A DNA stretch of 46,947 bases, taken from positions 1 to 46,947 of the IMG/VR virus record IMGVR_UViG_3300034147_000130; one strand, written 5' to 3'. The stretch comes from a virus (Duplodnaviria; Caudoviricetes). The translations under genes were made by a program, and so were the position numbers. This document shows, one piece after another, positions 18,016 through 27,000 of the stretch. Every line of letters starts with the position of its first letter. Position 1 is the stretch's first letter. The notes beneath the pieces were generated by a model. The model had not been told where the DNA came from. It worked only from the letters and a program-made list of their open reading frames with translations, and ran no database searches.

Positions 18016-21000
18016 CGCACCCCCGCCAGCATCTTAGCGATGGCCGAGGGCTGGGCGCTCTGCTTCTCCCGGCGCTCCTTCTCCGTCTTCGTCGCCTGGG
18101 CGTACTCGAAGCGCTTGGTGCGCTGGGCCAGGGCGCGCTGGCGGGCGGTGGGACGCTGGTTGGGAGGCACCGGCAGGCCCTTGATCGCGGCCTCGTTGGC
18201 CTTGTCCACGGTGCGCGCCGCCTGGGCGATGGTGGTGTCCTCGATGGCGCTCTTGCTGTCCAGGTAGCGCCTCGGGCTGGTCTGCTCCTGGGCGCCCAGC
18301 AGGGGGGAGAGGAAGCGCTCGGCGCCCGACCCGGTGCGCTGGCGCACCTTACCGTAGGCGTCCCGAGCGACGGGCACGTTCTCGGACAGGCCGGGGATGT
18401 TAGCCAGGATGCGCTCGCCCTCGTCCCGGGGGCTGCGGTTAACGCCCGAGGTGGCCCGCTCGACCTCGCGCACGATCCGGGGCACCGCCCGCCCGGTGGC
18501 CTGCTCCTTCCCCACCTCCAGCAGCCCGCCCTCGTCCGACCCGCTGAACTGGCGCCTCCCGCCGGCGAGCACCTCGGACAGGCCCTCGAAGAAGGGCCGG
18601 TTCAGGCTGTACTGGGCCACCGTCGTCACCAGGCGGTTGGCCGCCCGGTAGTAGGCGTCACCGTCCCAGGCTTTGCCGGCGGCCTCGTGGCGGGTGACGA
18701 TGTCGTTGAGGGCGGACGCCTGGGTCAGGGCCGCGTTCAGGCCGGGCACCAGGGTGACCGGCACCCAGCGCCCGCCCACGTTGACCGAGAACGGGGACTT
18801 GTTCTCGGCCCGCCACTGCTTCAACTCCTCCGGGTCGTCCGGCTCCTCGCCGGTGACCCGGATCGTCCCGGTGGCCATGGCCAGCATGAGGCCCATGGAC
18901 AGGGCGCTGCCCATCGTGCCCCGGGCCAGGCGCTCGTACATCTCGGTGCGGTCGAGCGTGGTGCGGGCGCCGCCCCGGTTGGCGGCGATGTCGAAGGCGG
19001 CCTTGCCCAGCCCCAGAGGGCTGCGCTCCAGGTCGTACTTCATCCCGTTGTAGGGGATTTTCCAGAAGGGCACCACCAGGGAGCCGACCACCGGGATTTT
19101 GCTGAACTCGTCCACCGACTTGGACAGGTGGTCGTCTAGCTCCTGGGTCAGGGTGCGGTAGTCCTTGGCCTTCTGCACCCGCTCCGCAATCTCGGCCTTG
19201 GTCAGGGTGGCCTTGCCCTGGGCGCCTCGGTGCTGGGTGCGGGCGTCCAGGGCGGCCTGCTCGGCCGCGCCGGCGGCGTAGCGGGTGGCGGCGTCGAAGA
19301 CGGAGAGCCAGCGGAAGCCGGCGTCCACCCCGTTGGCCAGCTTGCGGTGGAAGACGTTCTTGGGGTCGGGGCGCCCGGGCGCCGAGGTGGCCCCCTGGGC
19401 GCTGGCCGAGGCCGTGGTGTTGGCCTTGTTCAAGCTCTCCTTCATGTGGCGCATCGCCGGCTTGAAGTTCTTGACGTAGCTCTTGAACATCGCCCCGCTC
19501 TCGCGGAAGCTGGGCACATCGGCCCGGCCGGAGCGGTCGACCCCGGTGGCCGTCAGCCCGGCCGCGGCCCGCTCGAAGGGCTGCCAGGCGGCGGTGCCGA
19601 TGTTGCCGGTGAGTTGGCGCAGCAGGCCGTTGGGCGACAGGAGCATGGAGAGCTTGGACGCCGCGCCGGCGGTCTCCCAGCCCGAGGGGGCCGTCTGCGG
19701 GGTTACGCCGCCGGCGGGCGCGGCGGCCGGTTGGCCGGGCGCCCCCGGTTGCCCTCCTGCGCCGCCCGGCGCAGCGCCGCTCGGGGGTCCGGCGGTCCCG
19801 CCGGGAGGGGTGGTTCCTCCGGCTCCGGGGGCAGCGGCGCCTCCGGGGGCGGTGGCGGTAGCCCCTGTGGTTCCTCTGCGAGCGGCGGCGCGCCGCTGTC
19901 GGGAGGCGCTAGCGGCTCGGATGGGGGAGGTGCTGATCCCTCCGAGTCCGGGTCCACCTCCTCGAACGTCGGCAGGGCGTCCGCCAGGCCCGGGTACGTC
20001 CCCAGGGCCACCTCGTACTCCAGTTCCGGTTCCAGCCCCGAGTCCCGCACCCGAATCAGGGCCGAACGAATCTCCTCCGGCGACGCCTGGTCGTGCACGG
20101 CCCGCATCAACCCCGCTCGCATCAACTCCTGGTCGATTGCCTCGTCCGAGTCCGGTTCCGCCAGCCCCCCGCCCGGCCCCGTTCCCAGTTGCTCCGGGTT
20201 GGGTGGCGGTGGCGCCGGAGAGGCCCCCTCGCTCGTGGGCGCCGCCGGGGCCTCTGACCTGGCCACGGGGGGCGCCGGTGGTGCGGTCGTGTCCTCGCTG
20301 GAGGAAGGTGTCCCAGGAGAGGACGGGATCGGGGGCGGGCTGCCCGTTGGGTCCGGCCGGCCCCTTGATCCCGTTGTCGAAGAGGTGCCCCGTCTCGGAG
20401 GCAAGTTGGTCGAGTAGCTCAAAGTCGTTCTCCTGGAGCAGGGTCATGAAGCGCTTGTGCGCGGCGCGCACCTCCAGCGGGACGGCGTTCTGGTTCTCCC
20501 GCAAGCGCTGCGTCCACAGCGGGTCGGCGTCGTGGTCGTTGTGGGTAATCTCGTTGTGGGTCAGTTCGTGGACGATGTCCTCAGCGAACTGGGCGGCGAT
20601 CTTGTAGGCGACGGCCTTCTTCCAGGCGGTGCCGGTGGGGTAGACCGTGCGGTCGATGCGCTCGCCCCGGCGGGTCAGGTCGTTGACGGCCTGGGTGAGG
20701 GCGGCGTGGGGATTGAAGGCCACCCGGGACGGCTTGCCCTGGTTGCGCCCCTCGGTCGGGGCCACGTTGACGGCCAGCAGCGTCCCGGCGGTCAGGATGC
20801 CGTAGGGTTCGGCCCGCTCGAAGCGCTGGGCATCGGCCGTCCCCCGGGCCTGGGCGTGGGCGATGAGGGCCTGCCGCACGGCGAGGAAGGCGTCCCGCCA
20901 CTCCCCCACCAGGAACGAGTGGTTGGCCCGGGCCTGGCCGGCCGGCACCCCGCCGGCCTGACCGTTGGTCACCCGCTGGACGGCGCCGTCGTGGGCCGAG

Positions 21001-24000
21001 CCGTCCCCCTTCTTGTAGAGGTTGACCCAGCGCTGCCCGCTGCCGGACGGGCCGACCGGCGGGGCGGCGTCGAGCAGCCGGTTGGTGCGCCGGCGGGCCT
21101 CCCGTTCGGGGTTGAGGCCCAGCGCCGCGCCGGTGATGACGTTCCCGCTGACGCCCCCTAGCTCGTCTTGCTCGTCGGGGAGGGGGGTGAGGCCGAGTTC
21201 GGCGTTGGCCTGGCCGACGACGCCGTTGGGGTCGGGGCCGACGCTGCCGGGGCCGGTAGCCGGTCGCGGAGTCGCTGGCCCAGGGCTGGTAGGGGGGCCG
21301 ACCCGGCCGGCCTCCCCTGCTCCGCTTCCCGCGCCGCGTACGCCCTCGCCTCCTGCTCCGTCGTCGGGTCGCCCGGCGTCCCCGGGTAGCCCATTCGGCG
21401 CGAGGCCGCGTTCAGCTTGTACCGCGTCAGCCACCCCGCCAGGCCCACCGGCTTCGCCAGGTGCGCCTTCCACCACGCCTCGAACTGCTCCGGCGACGTT
21501 ATCTCCGGCGCCGGCGTCGTCTCGGAGGGCGTATTGCTCGACGGCCTCGATCTGGTCGTCCTCGGTCCAGTCCTTGGGTCCCCAGGTGCCCTCATCGACA
21601 TTGACCATCTCCTCGACGTTCTTGTTGAACAGGCTGGTGTAGTTGAAGATGGCCTGCTGGCGGAACTTCCCCGCCAGCATCAGCGCCGTCGCCTTGTCCG
21701 CCACCGGGATAGACACGTCGAGGTTGATCGCCCGCTTACCCCGGTCGACCGTGCCGTCCGGTCGGCGCGGCTCCCCGGCCCACGTCCCGATGGCCAGGGT
21801 GGGGAAGGCGTTGAACAGGCGCCGCGCCTCGGCATGGAACTGGGCCAGGCGGAAGCCCCCGCTGGTCTCATTGAAGTCGTGGGTCTGGCCCACGTCGTCG
21901 CTGTAGTCCGGGAAGACGCCCACCATCCACACGTCCTCGCCCCGGTCGACGCGGTCCTGCACCGCCTTGGGCACGCCCCCGGCCGCGCCCGGCCACACCG
22001 TCGACCCCCGGGCCTCGCCCGTGGTCTGGTTGTGGGCCAGCATCTGGGCGCGGTAGTTGGCCTCGTTCTTGGGCCACAGCCCCGCCATGGGGTCGTCAAG
22101 CTGCTCGGCCCGCCGGTACGGCGCCGAGTCGTTGAACTCCGCGACGCCCCGCCCGCCGGGATCGCCCAGGTGGAGCGCCTCCCGCTGGCGCATCGTGGTG
22201 TCGACGGTCTGCTGGATGGACGACTCGACCTTGCCCGTCTTCTTGTCGAACCGGATCAGGCCCTTGCCCACCGTGCCGACGACGTTGCCGTCCTTGTCGG
22301 TCAGGTCGAGCGAGAAGCCGGCGTCCTGGTCGGCCGACCAGATGTCCCCGGTGTTGGGGCCTTTGCCGGCCAGTTGCTTGGCCAGGTTCCAGCCCCAGCG
22401 TCGCCCGATCTGGTCCTCGGTGAAGAGCCGGAAGGGCACCTCCCGCTGGCCGTAGCGCACCCGGGCGGTGCCCACCTTCTCGGGCACCTTCCAGGGGTCA
22501 AGCTCCCAGGCGGCGGCGTGCTTGACCTCGATCACCTCCTGGGAGCCATCCTTGTAGGTGACCAGGAAGTCGGGAGCGAAGATGCCCTCCTGCCCGGCGT
22601 CCATGATCCCGCCCGGCCGGGTGATGGGGTGGAAGCGCCGCTCCGGCTTGATCTGGAAGCGCACCCGCCCCCGCTGGGACAGACTCTTCGTCCAGGTCTC
22701 CACGTTGGGGTCGCTGTCCAAGCGCACGGCCAGCAGCAACTCGTACAGGCTGTCGAAGTGCTGCTCGACCCCCGTCTTCTTGGAGGTGTAGGCGATGCCG
22801 GCGTTGGGGTCGTCGGTCTCCGACTTGATCGCGCCCCGCTCCTGGCCGGTGCGCTTGAGTTGCTCGCCACGGGGCAGGTTGGCCTCGGACAGCACGTTGA
22901 GCGCCGCCTCCAGCACGTCCTCGGGGATACCGGCCTGGTCGGCGGCGTAGGTGGTCGACTTGCCGGACAGGTCGTAGACCCGCAGGCCCTCGATCACCGC
23001 GTCCAGGCTGGCGCCCTTGGGGTCGAAGCCCTTGGCGGCCGTGGCGTTCTGCAGGGCGCGCTTCTCGATGGCCTTGCGCTCCCGCTCGGCCACGGTCTCG
23101 TCCGCCTTGATCCGTTGGTTGACGGCGCTCCTGGCGGCGCGCTCGGCGGCCCGGGCGTCCCGCTCCCGGAAGGCGTCCTCCAGCTTGGCCCGCGCCGCCG
23201 GCGTCTTGGCCGCGGCCAGGCGGGACTCGTCGTTGGCCTTCTGGGCGGCGGCGCGCCCGCGCTCCCTGGCCGCGGCCTCGTCCGCCTTGACCTGCTCCCG
23301 CGCGGCCCGGCCCGGCGCCTCCCGGGCCTCCCGCTCGGCGGCCTTCTGGGCCGACTCGGCGCGCCGCTGTTCGAGCACCCGCCGGTTGGCCCCCGGGGCC
23401 GTGGCCTCCAGCCTCTCCCGGTAGGGGTACGCCGGCAGGGGCGAGGTGTCCAACCGGCCCATCGGCTCAGCCGGCTCGGCCGTGGTGGGCGCGTTCTCCC
23501 AGCGGTAGTGCACCCCGGTGACGGGGTCGTCCGGCTTGAACAAGTCGCCCAGCCGGCCCCGACTGGCGGCCTGCCAGTAGAGGAAGTCGGTGCCGGTCAG
23601 CAGCGTCCCCGGCTCGGGGGGCAGGATGACGACCTCATCCCCCTCCTTGATCCCAAGCTCCTCGGCCATCTTGGCGTCGGCCACCATGGTGGGCCAGCCG
23701 CCCTCGGGGGTGGGGAAGGCCGGCGCCCGGCCCGGCTCGCCCCGGCCGGCGAAGCGCCCCACCCCGGGGACGGTGCCGTCGTCCGTCCACCCCGGCCCCA
23801 GGGGGGCGTTGCCGTACTCACCGGGCACGGCCTTCAGCGGGCCGGTGCTGGGGGGCGTCCAGCCCGCCTTCATGGGGTACAGGGGATGGTCGCTGCCGGC
23901 GCGGGCGGTGTTGCCCTCCACGCCCCGCAGCTTCTGCCTGATCTGCATCCGGCCCTGGGCGTCCGGGCCGACCGCGCGGAAGCCCGCCGAGCCGGCAAGC

Positions 24001-27000
24001 TCGGCGTCCCGGTCCATCCCGCCGGCGACGGCCTCGTCCTCAGCCTCGTCGGTGACCTCTTCCTCCGGCGCGGCCTCGGCCTCGGCCTCGTCCCCCACCT
24101 CGCCTGGCTCAGTCGGGGTCATTTCCGAGGTGGCGATGCCGGCGTCGCCCTGCTCACCCGGCTCGCCCCGGCCCACCTGGTCGGGCAGGCGCCCCTCGTC
24201 CCAGGCGTCGAGGTCGTCCGGTGTGCCGGGCGGGGCCTCCTCGCCGGCCTGCTCGTAGTCCTGGCGGGTGCGCTCGCGCGCGCCCTGGTCGGCCGGCGCC
24301 ATCTCGTGGTAGAGGGCGAAGCCCTCCTGCACCCGCTTGCGCAGGGCGTCGTTGATGGGCAGCGCCCAGGCTTCCAGGTCGGGGTCTTCTGAGGGGTCGT
24401 GGCCCTCCGGCTCCTGGAGCCTGGTCTTCTCGACCTGCACCCCGAACTGCTTGGCGATGCGGTTGGCGATGGAGACCATCGTCTTGTCGTACTGCTGGAT
24501 GAAGACCCGCCCGGTGGAGTCCATCACCATGATGTCGTCGCCGGCGAGCACGGCCATCCCGTCCGGGCCGACGTTGGCCGGGTCGGTCAGGTGGCGGGCG
24601 GCCTCAGCCCCCACGTAGTCGGCCACCTTCTGGGGGGGCGCTTCGTACGTGCGGTAGCGTCCGGCGGTGCCTGGTTCCCCCCGGGGGAGGACGTGCAGTT
24701 GCTTCCGGGCCGCGTCGTAGCGCACCTCCTCCGCGATCCGGCCCGCGCTCCAGCGCCGGGCGATCACCTGGCCGGTCGACCAGGACATGGCCTCCGCACC
24801 CCGGTCGACGGCGTCCCGGAGGTGGCGCTCCACCAGCTTCTCGATGACGGTGTTGTCCGGGAAGGGGGCGCGCGGGTAGCCCGGCGGGATGTTCGTGGCC
24901 GCCGTATCGAGGTGCTGCTGCGCCCCGTCCATGGCGGTGTAGAGCGCCCGGGAGGCGCCGTCCAGGATGGTGCCCTCGGTCACGCCCTCGGCGTCCGAGC
25001 CGAGTTCGGCCTCCTCCTGGCGGTAGGCGGCCTGGGCGCGCTGCTCCAGGTCCAGGCGCCGGCGCTCGAACTCCTTGACCTGGGCGCGGTTGTAGGCGAT
25101 CCAGTCGGCCTGGGCGTCCTCACCGCCGTACTTGGCGTGCAGGTCGCCCCGCAGGATGTGCAGGTCGCGGTAGGCCAGGGCGTACTCCACCGCGTCGGGG
25201 TTCAGGCTGGCCGGCGGGGCCTGATCCCGCTGGGCGATCTTCTGGGCGTAGGCGCTGTTGGGATCGTCCCGCTCCACGGCCGGGTCCTGGCCGGAGGCCC
25301 GCATCCGCTTTTCGATGCGCTGGATGCTCTCCATGGCGTAGATGACCCGGTGCGCCCACTGCTCGGCGTCCTCCTTGGCCCGGCGCAGCGTGGTGCGCGA
25401 GGTGCCGGTGATGGGGTCGGGCTGCTGGCGCAGCGTCCGCGCCATCTCGCCCTCGGCCCGGGCGACGTGCTCGTACTGGTCGCCCAGGTGGCGCACGTCG
25501 GCGGCGATCCCGGCGGGCACCTCCTGGTTCCAGGCGGCGGCCATGGCCACCCGGTCCCACGTCCCGCTCTTGCGCCCCCGCTGCTGGATGTCCGACTGGT
25601 CCTCGTTGCTGTGGACGGTGGTGCGCCCGTCCGCCAGGGTGTCGTCGTGGGTGCGCCCGGAGCCGAAGATGCCCTCGCGCCCGCCGAAGTGGGCGCCCAC
25701 GCTGAACTCGGCCACGTCCCGGCGCTGGCCCGCAAGCTCCCCGGACATGACGCGGGCCGCGTCGTCGGACTGCTTGCGCATCTGGAGCAGCGACTCGCGG
25801 GGGTTGTTGGCCCGCTTGGCGCCGGCGCGCAGGGTGTAGTTGCCCTGGCCCGGGCCGCCGTAGTAGGCGTGCTCGGGCTGGCCCTCGCGCCGGGGGGCGT
25901 ACTCCTCCTTCAGCTTCTGGCTGGCGTCGACCGCGGCGTAGATGCGCCGGCGCAGGGGGCGCACCGCCTCATTCAGGTCGCGCCGGGCCGCCTCGCTCGC
26001 GGCGATGCCCCGCCCGCCCGAGGCCAGCAGCAGGCTGACGTTGTGGGTGAAGTCGTCCAGGTTGTGCAGCCACGCCTGGGCGACCTCCTCGGGCGTGGCG
26101 TCCGGGCCGACCGCGTCCCCGGTCATGTAGTCCTCGGTGGGCGGGGCGAGCAGCCGGTCGTAGATGCCCTCTCGGAAGGCGTGCTCCTCGTTGGTGCGCA
26201 CCGGCCCGGTGGCGGCGTCGAGGTGGGGGCCGGCCAGGTCCTTCATGTTCTGGCGGATGTCCGGGTCCTGCCCGTACATCGTGGCCCGCTCGACGTGGCC
26301 CTGCACCTCGGCCCGGATGCGGGCCACGTCCTCGGGCGTCGAGGCCCCCACCCGGCGGAAGCCCAGCACGCTCTCGGCCAGGGGCAGGCGGTTGGTCTGG
26401 GCGCGGTCGATGAGGTCGTCGCGCGCGATGGGGGTGCCCGCCTGCTCGGCCGCGTCCAGCATCTCCCCGATGCCGGTCCAGAAGAGTTCCTCCTTCTTCA
26501 CCCCGTTGCCCAGCAGCAACTGGCGCACCTGGGCGGCCTGCATCTTGGGCTGGCGGAACTTCTGCTGCAGCACCCGCTCCATCTGCGAGTACCACACCCC
26601 GGGGCGCTCGCCGGCGGGGGCCTTGCCGCCTAGCTCGGGGCGCATGAGGGGCGGCTCGGGCACATCAGTGCGTGGCCTCGCCGGAACGGTCTCGCCGGGC
26701 TGATGGGGCTGGGGGGTGATCGAGACCGGGGCGGCAGGGCCTCCGGTGAGGAAGGCCAGGCGCCGGGTCAGGGCCTGCTCCTGCTCGGTGGTGAGCAGCC
26801 CCGTCCTCGTCATCCCCGGGAGCGAGTGCCCCATCTCGTCCAGCGTGCTCCGGCCCTCTTGGTTCTGGGCGGCGGCGGCCATCTCCATCTGGTCGAGCGT
26901 GGAGGCGTAGGCGTGGTTCTGGAGTTGTGTGCCCGCCGTCCGCAGGGCCTCGTCCGGCTCCGTCAGCATCGGGGCCTCGGTGATGTCGGCCTGGTCAGCG

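Noticed and set aside
13354-26633. Very long plus-strand ORFs (e.g. 13354-16245, 16252-18267, 21417-24392, 24399-26633)
   Set aside because: Antisense shadows of GC3-biased minus-strand genes; no RBS or domain motifs.
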